The translations under genes and the position numbers were made by a program. Shown in pieces: positions 37,223 to 50,250 of a stretch of 64,000 nucleotides of DNA (position 1 is its first letter; the number at the start of each line of letters is the position of its first letter). The notes below the pieces were generated by a model. The model searched no databases. It was not told the origin of the DNA and saw only the letters and a list, made by a program, of their open reading frames with translations. This DNA comes from Callorhinchus milii. Taxonomy: Eukaryota. Where the stretch lies: contig NW_024704744.1 in assembly GCF_018977255.1 (NCBI RefSeq), forward strand, positions 60,698,001 to 60,762,000. The letters are read 5' to 3'.

Positions 37223-37579
37223 CAGTAGACCCCATGATAACATGGTTCATTATAACGTTGGTTCTCTGATGCAGTACAAACCCCATTCCTTGCACATGGA
37301 CACAGCAGCTGGCTGCCCCTTGTCAAGCACGCTGCTGATCCCATACTACTAATGGCTGACTTCCAGGTCATAAGATGGTCACTGACATCAACCATACCAT
37401 GGGCATAGGAAGTGACATCAGTAGCACCTCATGACCCAGATCCATTTTCTTTAAGCATGTGGGAGACCGCTGGTTGGTGGGTTGTGGGCAAGTTCAGTTA
37501 AACCAGTTACTGCAGCCCCATCATATTGTGGTTGAAATTTTATGTATCCCAACTACTATGTTATAACAGGGCTCTACTG
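37223..37579. mobile_element. Tc1/mariner-pogo (Tigger-like) MITE
   Basis: Left end TA|CAGTAGACCCCATGATAACATGG. Right end reverse complement CAGTAGAGCCCTGTTATAACATAG. CAGT-starting ~24-bp TIRs with a left TA; the right TA is not preserved. Confidence 0.65.
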
Positions 37580-38484
37580 GAGTCACTTTTAAATGTTATA
37601 ACTCATTTATTACACGGTGCCATTGTGATGCCAACTGTTATACCCATATCCATTCTGTGCAGTGACAACAAATACTCCACCTGGCAAGCTCCCAGGGCTG
37701 AGGACTATAAATGGGAATGATGCCAAATGGTGGTTATACGAGATAATTGCTCTTGGCAAAAAATATCCTGCATTAGGCTCTCTAAGGGGTAATGGAAGTT
37801 AGGGGTTCAAGGAAGATTGAAACTGGTGCAGACAGGGCAAGGTCAGGATATTGACCTTACCAGCAACAAAAAAGTAGATAGGAATGTGTTTGTATACAAA
37901 CATGGAGAGGCCACTTGTAGAAAGGCAACTACAGATGTAAAAACCGTTGCAATATGTCTGTTGCTTATGTTGTATTGCAACGCTTGGAATACAGCATAAG
38001 CAGCAAACAGTATGTTTCTGCCTATTCTGTATTTCAGGCAGCACAATACAGAATAAGTAGCAGCCATATTGTTGTACAGAAAAGTCAAAGTTTTTAATCT
38101 CACACTTATTACAATTTAATTTGTATTTGTTAGTTTATTCTTGGATTATTGCCCTTTTTTTCTCTCTCTCCTTTCCCTCTGTTCTCCATGCCTTGCTGAG
38201 ATGGTGGGCAAGCAACTTACTTTCACGCCTGTGTCAATATCAGTGTGTAGGCAGGAAGTGCACAAAAGGTAATCAATTTTCTAATCTTTTCCCTGCTTAA
38301 CTAGGGAGAGGTGCATGTCTCTGATTCTCATTCATCCTAATCTATAGTTACAATTGCACATTTTGTGAAGTGTATCGGAAGTGCGACATAGTATAGTGTT
38401 TCAGTGCACTGTGCCTCTAGACTTTCATTGACTACATATTGGTTTAAAGCAAATTTAAATGGCTTTTATTGACCATGTAAGGTT

Positions 38485-38790
38485 ACAACAACAAATTGCA
38501 TTTGTAAAGGGCCTTTCAAGTTGGGTTTTCACGTGAAGAGTTTTCACCAGAGCTGGGGGCCTGAGTCAAGAGAGGTGGAAAGCAAGGGGGTGGAAGTGGG
38601 AGGATGACTGAAGGCACAGTCAAAGAGGATGGTCTTGATACTCGCCTTGAAGGATGCAATGAGGAGGGGGTAGGACGTAGGGGCGTGAATGCGGTTTCAA
38701 AAGGTGGGGGCAGAAAAGCTGAAGGCCTGACTGCCGATGGTGGAGCAAGCGGCCTGAGGATGTGAAGCAGGCCAGTGCCCATTGAGTAAC
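38485..38790 (-). mobile_element. L2 LINE 3' fragment
   Basis: (AAC)n tail; minus-frame remnants GTGLLHI and STIGSQAFSFSAP. Confidence 0.8.
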
Positions 38791-39317
38791 AGACTCTTGA
38801 AGGTCACCAAACATATCACTATGTTTGCCCTATGGTGTGCTTGTGTAGGTTTGTTTGTTGCATTAATTTGTTCAAATATAGATCTAATGTTACACAAGAC
38901 TATTTTTGAACAATGGCATCACTAGCAACATATTTAAAGATTGCTTTACATGTGAGGTAAACAAAGATTTTTAAACGTTATCTGAATGAACAGTGCAAAG
39001 AAACGTACAGCAATTCTCTAGTTGTAATAGTAATCTCTGGTTGTAAAAGTGGTTTAGGAATCTATCAAGTACTATTATAGTTATTAAAGGAGCTCAAGCT
39101 TAAAGAGAACAAATATTTGATTGAAATGCAGCACTTACTTTTCTGTTAAGGGGACTGAATTGTTTAATACTATTATTGACAAAGCACATAACTACGAATG
39201 AATATTGTGCAACTTTTGCAGCAGCCACCATTCCATAAAGATTCATATACTGTATCTTATTGTAGCTTTGCCAAGTAAAAATGATTTGCAGCAACAAGAC
39301 ATCAGCAGCAGTTGGGA

Positions 39318-39562
39318 CTTCAGCTTCTCTTCCCCCAACCTTTGGAACTCCATCTCACACTCCCTTTGCCACACTCCCTCCCTTGCCTCCAAGGCAAGTC
39401 TCCAGACACTCCTCTTCAACCTCGCCTTCGGCCACCCTCTTACCCTCCCTGCCCTCCACCCCCTTTGATCCCAATCCCCTGCTCTGATCCAAATCCCTGA
39501 TTGCCCAGTGTGTTGGAACGTCCTTCTGACGTGAAAAGAGCTTTACAAAGGTAATTTTGTAT
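39318..39562 (+). mobile_element. L2 LINE 3' fragment
   Basis: FSFSSPNLWNSI...LQTLLFNLAF and tail gacgtgaaaagagctttacaaaggtaattttgt. Confidence 0.8.
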
Positions 39563-41656
39563 TGCATTATATTTATGGTAAGTGATTTAGACATTCAAAG
39601 AAGAAAGACAGGATATTTCAGGTGGTTATGCAGAATTTGAAGTATTAACATAAATAAGATAGTAAACTCAACAGCAATGTAACTACAATGTTATCGGAAT
39701 ATATAAATAAAAAAACAGATATTTAAAAATAAAATTTAGGGATAATAAGATAATGGTAACAATCAAGCTTTCACACAATGACAGTAAGAAAAACATGTGG
39801 CACAGGCTAAAGTAACTGGAAAGGTTATAATTACCTACAAGTAAATTTAATATGTGATATAGGAAAAATTAAATGGACTGTAATACTATAACAATAATGT
39901 CAAGGTATTAACAGCAACACACAATTAGAGTATTATAAAACAACCCAGCAGTAAATAATTTTTAAAATAACCAGTCAAAGATAAAAGGAATTTAAACGTG
40001 ATTATTATAATTTATTATTTCAGAAATTGAGTGACTTCTAATGGAAAAGAATTTCTCATTATAAATATGTAGTGAGAAGATTGGCACTTGTAGTGATCAA
40101 CATATGAATAGATCCCACTAGCTGGTCATTTTTCCAACTGCAAAATCTCGTCTTAGAAATATGGTGGATAACACATTTAGTGCGTATCTGAATGAGAAGT
40201 GGACTGGGCTGCAGTTTGTCATGATAAGTTAAGCAGACAATTCCACATGTTTATATGCTTCTCAATTTAAATTTAGAATTAGCAGTTTGTGTCAGATTTC
40301 TGATTTGATAAATATGTGTCTATTTTGATCCAGCTGGACTGAACGCCTAAATTAAGGTGAATTACCTTAGCACTAATAGAGATGTATTGAATCTTGATTA
40401 ACAAATCACACGTTTGCCAAGTAAAATTATGCTTGGGTAAGGTTAAGCTTAGATAAGGATATTCACAGAATGCTTACAGACAAAAAAACGACTTGCACAT
40501 ATACTTCTGCATCATTCCATTTCATTATTTATACTAAATCTGAATGAAAACACATATAAAACGACACCTCAAGAGGTTTCTATTGTGTAAAAGGCAATGT
40601 TATGTTAGACTGACAATATTAAGATAATAAGAATTGGTAGGCAAAGCTCATTATCTCTGTAATAAATAGTGAATGCATATGAGGACCAGGCGGCTTGAGG
40701 AAAATAATCTATTGAGAGGAGCTGGATGTTGAAGCTATGCGTGCCACAGGGGCAAATGAAATCTGTCAGCAATAATATGGAATGATTTACGTCCATAAAC
40801 ACAGGCTCCGGATAGCTGTTCTGTTTCTGTAACAGGTCTGAGTTTTGAACAAATCTTGTTTGGGCAATTTAAGTCAATGTTGTACTTAACATTTTGCTGT
40901 TTTTCTTTTTCTCAGGCAAATACACTAGTGTGGATGGAGTGTGAGGCTGTAAAGTGATGCGCAAAACACCATGTGAAGTGGCCCAAAATTAACAAAAAAA
41001 AGTAATTGAAATTCTATTTCATTTTTTAAAAAAAAAACTTTTGAACATTTTAAGATTAACAGAGAACATATTGGAAGTGGGTGGTTTGTAAAAAAAAATA
41101 CGTAAGCAAAGCACCCTATCCTGACTATTGCAGTGGTGACTCATCAGATTCATCATCTGTAAACATAGGCTGCCAATACATGTATAAATACATCCTTCCA
41201 TGTACTGTATGTGTATGTACATATGTAAGCATATATGTATCCTTCTGATTGTAGTTTCAAATTCAGTACTGTACTACCTTTAATAAAAAGAGATTTTTTA
41301 AATACATACAGGTAATTAAACAATATTAATGATTGGATTGAGTCTATGCATATAAGAATTATTCCTTGACCCCAAAATTATTTACAATCTGAGTAAATGG
41401 CACAATGGAATTCTACCCTTGGCTCCGGAATATTTTTAAAATCAAGAAATCAATGAAAATATTTTTGAGATATTTCCCAGAGTGACCTTGAAATACAATT
41501 TGCAAGAACAGAGTGTGCTCAGTTCTGCTCGTCTTCACTGGACATTTTTAGTCTTCTGTGGGATTGGAACACTTATACCCAACTCGAATAGAAAACATGG
41601 TGGTGATGAAATTCAACATCTGATCAAATGAGGAATAATTTGGTTGTACGACCTAC

Positions 41657-41788
41657 CTTTGTTTCATTTTCTCGTGCATTTCACCATGCTGGATACATTG
41701 TTCCTCCATTTCATCATTTCTCTTCTGCAATTTCTCTAGCCGTTCCTGTTGGTATTCTTTCTCCTGGAAAAGATGACCAACATCCGAT
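41657..41788 (-). CDS. SDCCAG8: SDCCAG8 internal coding exon (132 nt; probably equivalent to human exon 16)
   Basis: Minus strand reads catctattccAG|A TCG GAT...CAA AG|GTAGGT. Translation (R)SDVGHLFQEKEYQQERLEKLQKRNDEMEEQCIQHGEMHEKMKQ(R) resembles recalled human RSEIAQLSQEKRYTYDKLGKLQRRNEELEEQCVQHGRVHETMKQR. Phase 2-2. Confidence 0.96.
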
Positions 41789-43122
41789 CTGGAATAGATG
41801 ATGATAATAATAAGAAAATAAGATCAGAGATGGGCAAGAAAGGAAGATTCTGCAGCTCTATGCTGACAAAGAGATAAATTAATAATTTTTGAAAATAAAT
41901 TTACAAGCCCAGTTCTGTTTTAATTCTAGGAAATACAAGACAGAGATGTGATGACATTGTTGAATCTGACAGTAGTCATTTTAAAGACAGTCTGAGAGTC
42001 TTCCATTCACAGGCTATAATACCTTTTTATGAACCTTCACAACTTTTTTTTCCCTAATCGCAATCCATTGTGTGTCCAAGCCATTTTGAATTCCACTATC
42101 AAACACCCACCAGGAGGTGCATGAAGGTAGGTGCATGTGGAGATTCCCATTGGATTTGTTCTTATCCTCAATGGAGATAACTGGCTTCTGCTTGGCACCT
42201 TTAAATAGCTGCATAAATGAGGTGTGGGGATTGAATCTTTACTCCTCCATTGTATGCTATCAAAATGTGATAGCGGTTGTGATATTTATTGTTGTTACTA
42301 GATATAGAAGTCCATTTAGCAGTACAGTTATCTAATCTCTCAACATGAATAGCATCCTGAGTAGCTCAGTTGTTTGAACACTTTGGAACTCTAAAGGCCA
42401 AGGGTGAATGAATTCATTGGAATTTGAAAAGTCTAGGTTTGAGTCCCTGAGCCTTTAGATGTTCCTATTTTTTAAAAAGGCTTTGCAGTAATCTAAGGAG
42501 GTCAGTTTTCAGTAATAAAGGAGTTGATGCTTAAAACATCTCATCAGCGAGACATGAAACACAGCCATGCCCTCTGTCCTGTGAGCTAAATCCCTAATGT
42601 GCAGTGCTGGACAAGTTATGTCAAACATTGCATTTCACTACAGATATACAGATGACTAATAAAAAATGAAAATATAAGTCCAAAGAAGAACAAAAACACA
42701 ATGTCTGGATTGTCCAGATCGCTATTGGTAAATGCCAGAAACTGCTTGATAAAGGAAATGAAAACTTTATTTTACGACTGTACCTCAAGTAGTCACTGAC
42801 ACGGTATTACACAACTTGTTCTGATAGTCAGATCCTCTCTCATTTTGGTTTTAAAACTTGACTTCAAGGATTTGGTTAATCTAACTAGTTTTAAACACAA
42901 TGTCTTTCTATATCCATTTTCCATTCCTTTCAGAAATTAAGATGACTACACAAAATACACCATAGGTATTCTCCCCAACACTTTATTCAGATCAATTCTC
43001 CTTCTTTGACTGGATGGATCTACTTATAGATCCTAAGACATTATTTTCCTATACAACACTTGCTATTTACTATGATGATACAGTATTTGATGAACTATTA
43101 CACTTAATTTTTTTTCTTGACT

Positions 43123-43475
43123 CAACAACAACAAAATTACATTTGCATAGCGCCTTTCACGTCAGGTGGACGTCCCATGGCACTGGACAGACAGAGTATC
43201 GGACCTGAGCTAGGGGTCAGGGAGGGTGGAGGACAGGGGGGAAGCAGGGAGATCGAAAGCATGGTCGAAAAGGAGGGTCTTGAGATGGGGCAGAGTGGCC
43301 TGCCAATAGTGGGGCGAGCGAGGCAGAGGACATGAAGCAGGCCGGAGCCCGCTGAGTGGAGGAAACGAGCGGGATGGTAGGGGGTTAGAAGGTTGCAGAG
43401 GTCAGGGGGGGAGCAAAACCATGGAGGGCTTTGAAGGTGAGAACCAGGATCTCGAACTGTAGCCTCTGTGTGATG
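43123..43475 (-). mobile_element. L2 LINE 3' fragment
   Basis: (AAC)n tail; minus frame LPITQRLQFEILVLTFKALHG. Confidence 0.85.
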
Positions 43476-44799
43476 GGAAGACAGTGGACAACAAACCCAT
43501 TACAAGATGGTTGGATCCAATATCTCCAAGGCTGCGTAATGACAAAGCACAACAACACGGCTGACTTCCAGGACACGGCTTATGGTATTTTGTGAAGGAA
43601 GCGATATCAGAGGCGCTTATCGGCACCTCTGATTAAAAGATCTGCCAGAATCTAATAAACTGGTAGAACAGGCTTAATGGCTGAATAGCCTCCTCCTGCT
43701 CGTGTTTTCATATGTTCCTAAGTTATCTTTTGGATAGCTTTCTATAAAATTCCACTGGATTAGAGGGAAAATGCTGGTGAAGAGTTAAATGTGTAAGATG
43801 TAAATATTGGTGCCAGAAATATCTGATCCATTATTTTGAGCTGAAGGTTGGAAATATAGTGATTTTATGAATGTGGTGTGGCCAAAGTGTAACAAAATTA
43901 TTCCTGTAAAAAAAATCTATTTCTTTCATGTCCTAAAGACAGCTGGCAACACTCACGATGAAACAAATTATGGTAAGCTTGTGTGCAATAGGCTACATAT
44001 CATTTGCAACGCCACATGTGCAGACATCTGCACAACTGTTGTATGGGCAATAACATTAAGAAAAAAAATGTCCTGTAATCAATTCAGAATTATTTAACTC
44101 AGGATTGACTCCTGCTGCTGTTTAGTTGACAGATGCCTCAGTTACAGAGTAGTAATATCTGGATACAACGTTTAAAGAGTATACGAGCTCATAGAAAGCT
44201 ATCCAAAATGCATTCCAAAATTAAAGTATGCTAAAAAAAACATTATTTACTAAAGGTGAGAAATTCATTTTTTTCAAAACATCAAATAAAAATGTATTAG
44301 AACAAAAACTATATAAATTCAAACAGATAATTATCGATCTCCTTTTCTGGGTCTGCCTGTATTTTCCGGATATAGCCTAGAAAAAGGCAACATACTGCAG
44401 CCAAAAAAGCTCAGCTCCTAAAGATTGCTCGTTTTATAGGACAGCAGATCACAATTTTGCTACTAGCCAGATAGTTTGGCTAATGTCTCTTACTTGGATT
44501 CTTTTCTCATTGCCACATAGGTGCAACAATAAAGGCAAACTTCCCCTGCAGCATTCATCAGTCTATCAAAGAGGAGGGAAAGACATCAGAAGAAAATGCC
44601 AAATGATCTGGAATGTGACAAAAGGAAGTGAATGAATAGAGCATTTTGATGTTGAAAGGAACAATGCAGCTCAATTTTTGAAATGTAAAATGTCAGCATG
44701 CATTTGAAACATTGAAACAGATCAATTGTTCCTTCTCAATTTACATATTGTGATATTTTACTTTAGGCACAGATGCCAGCCATGATTCTACAGGTTTTA

Positions 44800-45748
44800 T
44801 ACGAGGCGTCCGGTTCGACCTCCAACTGTGCTTCCTCCCCCACATCTGGTCCCTGACCAGGACCTCCACCTCCGACACATTGCTCGCCTCCGACCGTATC
44901 TTACCCCAAATGCAGCCAAAACCACCATGCATGTGTTTGTCACTCCCGCCTGGATTACTCCAACACACTTCTCGCCGGTCTCCTCCACTCCACCATTCAC
45001 AAGATCCAGCTCATTCAAATCTGTGCTGCCCACATACTGACCCAGACCAAACACCGTAACCAGTTCTGCCCAGACTCCACTGGCTCCCCATCACCAACAA
45101 ATCGACTTCAAGATAATAATAATATAATAATAATAATCCTTGCGTCGGGAGGACGTCCCAAAGCCCTTCACAGAACACTGTAAAGTGAATTGACTGTATG
45201 TTTGTGGGCGAACGCGGCAGCCAATTGCGCACTGCAATGTCCCACAAACAGTCGTAGATTGAAAATGACCAATTTATTATTGTTTTTGGTTTTGGAGGGA
45301 TTATTATTAGGCTCTGTGTGGAGTAAGGAAACTTGCCCAAGGTTTTGCCCTGCCTGGAATTGAACTCAGGTCTCTCGCTTGCAAAGCGAGTGCTCTAACC
45401 ACTGAGCTACAGGACTCCACAAAAAAAGATCCTTACACTAATGTTCAAATCCAGTCAATCACTGGCACCTCCCTACCTCCTCACTCCCCAATCCACCACC
45501 CGGCGCTTCCGCTCGACTGGCACCGGCCTCCTGCTCATCCCTCGCACCCTCTGACCGAACATCGGAGATTCTGCTTTCAGCCACTACGCCCCCAAAACTC
45601 TGGAACACTCTCCCTCAATCCCTCCGCCTTGTCCCCTCTCTCCCCTCTTTTAAGTCCCGCCTGAAGATTTTCCTGCGGGACTTGAAAAAGCGCTCTGAGA
45701 TGCTATCCTGCGTGGAGGGCACTATATAAGTGCAAGTTGTTGTTGTAC
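44800..45748 (+). mobile_element. L2 LINE 3' fragment interrupted by a SINE (45115-45418)
   Basis: HLRHIARLRPYLTPNAAKT, PVLPRLHWLPIT..IDFKI, KLWNTLPQSLRL, and tail gggcactatataagtgcaagttgttgttg. Confidence 0.88.
45115..45418 (-). mobile_element. Young SINE (small deletion in tail)
   Basis: Reverse complement matches the 1732 and 28058 copies. AAGAT occurs on both sides (45110-45114, 45426-45430). Confidence 0.9.
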
Positions 45749-45789
45749 TAAAAATATAGATTGTACGAAATTAGAGCATCTGTGGACAG

Positions 45790-46150
45790 TTGACCTGAAT
45801 GACCTGAGAAAAAGCAAAGCATTGCTCTAGTCCAAGTACAATATTACAGTTAGGAGAAACAATTGTAAAGGCTAATGGGATGCTGGGCTTTATAACAAAG
45901 GTCTGGATTATAATTGATGTACTGTATCGAGTGTTGGTCAGACCTCATTGAAGTGTTCACCTTTCGGTGCCCAACCTTAGGGAAGATATCTTCGAATGTA
46001 TTGAGTGACGATGTAGAGATACGTAGAGATTTAGCTTCAGTGAGTTGTAGAGATTTAGCTATAATGAGTTGCTGGACAAATTTGGATTATATTCCACACA
46101 GCTCTGAAGGTTAAGGGGATGATCGAATTGAAGTGTTTGAAATAATAATA
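45790..46150 (+). mobile_element. Degraded CR1 ORF2 fragment
   Basis: aaggctaatgggatgctgggctttataac...ctgtatcgagtgttggtcagacctcattg resembles KANxMLGFI...LYxxLVRPHLE. Confidence 0.75.
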
Positions 46151-46200
46151 AGAACTTGTGAAGTTCTTTTGTTTATATTCAAACAAAATCAAAATAGTGT

Positions 46201-46512
46201 GGAGTCCCCTAGTGTAATGGTTAGCATGCTTGCCTTGCAAGTGAGAGGACCCAGATTCAAATCTCAGGCAGGTCGAAATCCTTATTCCACACGCCTCTGT
46301 TTACCTAACAGTAAGTAGGAACCCGGTTGTTAATAATCAACCTCCCCTCGCCCACAAAAAAAGAAAAAAATTCACTCACTCACTCCATGACTGTTTGTGA
46401 TATTTGCTCACAAAATACACAGTCAAATCACTTTACTCTGTGAAGCTATTTGAGACGTCTCAACAATTTGATAAGGTGCTATATCAAATGCAATGATTAT
46501 TATTATTATTAA
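46201..46512 (+). mobile_element. Long-variant SINE
   Basis: Head ggagtcccctagtgtaatggttagcatgcttgccttgcaag, CORE-like cacgcctctgtttacctaacagtaagtagg, and tail with (TTA)n. Confidence 0.85.
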
Positions 46513-47337
46513 TAAGAACTGACATGGTCATTCTTCATTATGATAGGGGGATCGAAAACAAGAGATATAATTTCAACACAATTTGAAAAAGAGGGAGTTT
46601 CTCCTGATGTCCTGGCCAACAACCCTCCAGATAAATTGGTACTTCACTTACTGGCTATTTGTGGAATCTTGCACTGCAGAAATTAGCTGCTGCATTTGTC
46701 TACAAATATAAAGGGAAAAATTCCAATGTTATGGCACTAGAGTAAAGGATGGAACAAGGAGAGTAAATTTGCTCACGCTGTGTTAAATATGTTGAAATGT
46801 TGAATATAATTCAATTTTTTTTCAAATGAAAAAATAAATATGGCTCCACAGATCCAGGACTAATTGGACCTCAGTAATGGGGTATCTTGTAAGAAACACA
46901 AGTTTACATTGAATCTTATTATTTTGGATAGGTATGAAATCAGCATAAGCTTGTGGCTGCTGCAAAGATGGTCCACGTCGATGTATAATCTCACAAGTAC
47001 AGAAAACAACATCTTTTTCAACAGGGAACATTTCCCTTTAAGAACATCTCTTAAAATAATGTGACAGGCCTGGTATGTTGGAATCTTAGCTCATGCCTAG
47101 GAGAAGCTGATGAGGACAAAAAGATTTATCTTCAAATTGGACAAATTTACAACTCGAAGGAAGACAACTCTACAGCATGTTAAAGATATATTACAACATG
47201 GAAAAAAGTACTATATATGGGGACTAAAGATGAAATCAATTCCTATACATATGACTGAAGTTGTTGGGATGTGTCAGCTAGATGTCGATCAAAAGATCAG
47301 CGTGATCAACAGCAAGCTGAAATAATGGGGTAATCCG

Positions 47338-47907
47338 GCCATTGTATAGATCATTGGTGAGACCACATTTAGAGTACTGTGTACAGTTCTGGTTGCTGCA
47401 GTACAAAAAGGATATTGCAGAAATCAGAAGATACAGAGGAGGGCAACCAAAATAATTGAGGGAATGGAAGAATTGAACTATGAGGAGTGACTAAGTAAAC
47501 TGGGCATGTTCACGCTGGAAAAGAGAAGATTGAGAGGCGACATGATTGCTGTCTTTAAGATTCGAAAGGAGCTAAAGGACAATATAGATCATCTCAGGCT
47601 GTTTCAACTTGTCCAGAGTAGTACAACCAGAGGACACGCCTGTGATTGAAGGGGGGGAAATTCAGGACGAATCTACGCAAACACTATTTCAGTGAGCGAA
47701 TAATGAACCTGTGGAACAGGCTCCCTAGGAAGATGGTTGAAGCAGGAAGTCTTGATTTTTTCAAGACTGAGATTAGATAGTTTTCTTTTAGGAAATAAGA
47801 TTATTGGATGTAGTACAAGGTAGTTTGGGGCATATGTGTATGTGACTGCCAGGAAGGTGGAAAGATGGATCTTGGTCTATTTTCGTCTAGCATTTCTTAT
47901 GTTCTTA
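47338..47907 (+). mobile_element. CR1 LINE 3' ~570 bp
   Basis: [17 protein letters not shown]...IQRRATKII...LGMFTLEKRRLRGDMIAVFKI...YFSERIMNLWNRLPRKMVEA, with stops and frameshifts; tail ttcttatgttctta. Confidence 0.93.
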
Positions 47908-49589
47908 AGTGCAAGAATTATTACATTTATGAAGAAAAGCTACAGCAAGACTCAAAATATCTGGGACAACTTTAGTATCCTCAGCATATATTGGTTTCCC
48001 GGTTCTTGCTCCTTTGCTCTATGTTCTATTTCCAGCATTCATTTGAATTTACCTTCATCCTGAGGCTGAAGGAAGTGCTAATTTAGAAGACGTACAGCTT
48101 CCAGCCTTGTTGTATTTGGTGATCTGGAAAGCCCTAGTATCCTTGGAAGCTCTTGGAGCTTTCCTTCAAGCATGCATATGATGTCTCCTGAGGCAGTAGC
48201 AAGTTCAAAGGGGTGAAACAAGCAAGCCTTCCTTGAACACCACCACTGGACAAAGTCCGAATATCCAGCAAGTGTCAGGAGAAGAGTAACTTTGAGCAAC
48301 GGTTGAATTACCAAGCACTCTGAAAGCCTGGGCGTACATGGAAACCAAAATACATAGCTTTGAAGACATTCTAGCACATTTCTCTATCAAGTAACAGCAA
48401 AACATCTAAGATTACCTCAAATGAGCCTCTGCTGTGCCTTACATCTCACGTAGCCTGCAGTTGATGATTTATTTTGAGAGAATGGGACCTTCCTAATTGA
48501 AATGGACATACAAGATGTAAAAAGCCTAGAATGCTGCCCTGCTGAAACAGTTTTATATTATTTGGTTCCCAAGATTGTGGTCGACTTTTCTCAGTGGAAG
48601 AATTTTAACTTGATATATGGGTAATAGAGTACCTTCCACATTATGTGTTGTGCCGTTATTGCTCTGCTGCAGTTACAGTTTATGAAATGTGAATGTAATT
48701 CCAATATCCTTATTTAGTTTATTTCCATACTTTTGTAGTTATAATGTAATCTCACCTTGCTATTGTATATGATTCTACTTTTTCTCTTAATATTTTTTGT
48801 AATGCCTTTTCTAACATAAGGACACTTATGTATTAATAACCTAATTTATGCAATGTTATATTTATGGTAATGGTTTAATTTATATTGGCAGGACCAATTA
48901 AATGTTTCATGATTTTGAACTGTTTGAAATGTAATAATGTCTAATATGACCCTATTTAACCATCTGTTTCTTCTTACACTTTCGGCTAATATTCAGTGAT
49001 AGTGTGCCAGAGACTGACATAGTTGAGAGGAGTTTGGTGATACAAGACTGTGAAATAAGGGTCTGAGAATATAAATGCTGGATGAAACAGTGCATATCCA
49101 TGAGCTGATAAATGTTGTTTTCTGGGTGAGATCAATGAATCAGCTCTTCAGCCTGGCACGACCACTCCTCGTGTCACTACTACGTGACTGAGCCTTTTAG
49201 TGATCCTTAAATATCCTTAAAAATCTGGTAAAGTATAATTAACTCCCGCAATGTCTTCCAATTGGAATTTCAACCTCCATAATCACTCCATTTAACAGCA
49301 ACTACCTATTGAGGTGCTTTGAGATGTTTTGACATAATAGGTATTATATCAAATGTAAAGATTATTATTTGTTTAAAGGGTTAATAAAGTAATTAGTCTA
49401 TCCTTTTTTCTCACCTGTTATATTCCACCTATTATGGAAAACCCATCATATATGTTCCCATTTTATCAGAACGGTTATGATTGTCTAATGAAGTATATGA
49501 TTTATTGAATGTGAAACGATGTCAAACAGTGTGAGATAGCAATAAACAAGACAAACAGGATGCCAAGCCATATTGCCAAATCAGTTCAG

Positions 49590-50250
49590 TCTGGACCCTC
49601 ATTAGTCAAGCTCACAGTGCTCTGGTCAGACTCCATACGGAATTTAGTAACTTGCTTTTCTATAGTTCCTTTCACACGGTAACGTGACTCCATACAGTTT
49701 TGGTCAAGAAATATAAGGGAGCTGCTCAGACCTTAAAGGCAGTGCAGAGGAACCAATGAAGATGATGTTAGATACATCATGTGGAACAATTAGACAAGTT
49801 AGTGCTCTTCAGTCTTGAAAAGAGACGTCTGAGAAGGGACTGTGTAAAGGTGTATTATAAGATTTTAAATGGGATGGGAAAAGTAGATACAGAACAATAC
49901 TTTCAGATATAGCAGGATAGCAGAATAATGTGACAAGGTAGCAAAAGGCAATTTAGGTAGTTTGGGCAATATGTACATACGACCACCAGGAAGGCGGAAG
50001 GTGAACTAGATGGACCTTGTCTTTATTCCGTCTAGCACTTCTTATGTTCTTATGTAATTTCAAAACAGATACCAGGAAGTATTTATTTACTCAGAGGGTA
50101 ATTACCGACTGTATGGACTTCCAGGAAGAATGGTTGAAGTCAGGATGCTGGACTTTGTTTATTTAAGAAAAAGCTTGATGCTGTAATGGAAGGACGATAG
50201 ATTGGGAATTCTTGAAAGATAAGATCAAATGGGCCAAAGGAACTTCTTCA
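49590..50250 (+). mobile_element. Old CR1 fragment with nested younger CR1 tail (~49955-50056)
   Basis: ctcttcagtcttgaaaagagacgtctgagaagggac (LFSLEKRRLRRD) and tttactcagagggtaatt; inner gaaggtgaactagatggacc...ttcttatgttcttatg. Confidence 0.8.

Noticed and set aside
47950-48420. Non-repetitive-looking segment with 66-99 aa ORFs
   Set aside because: No recognisable domain or splice structure; may be an old TE relic but cannot be supported.
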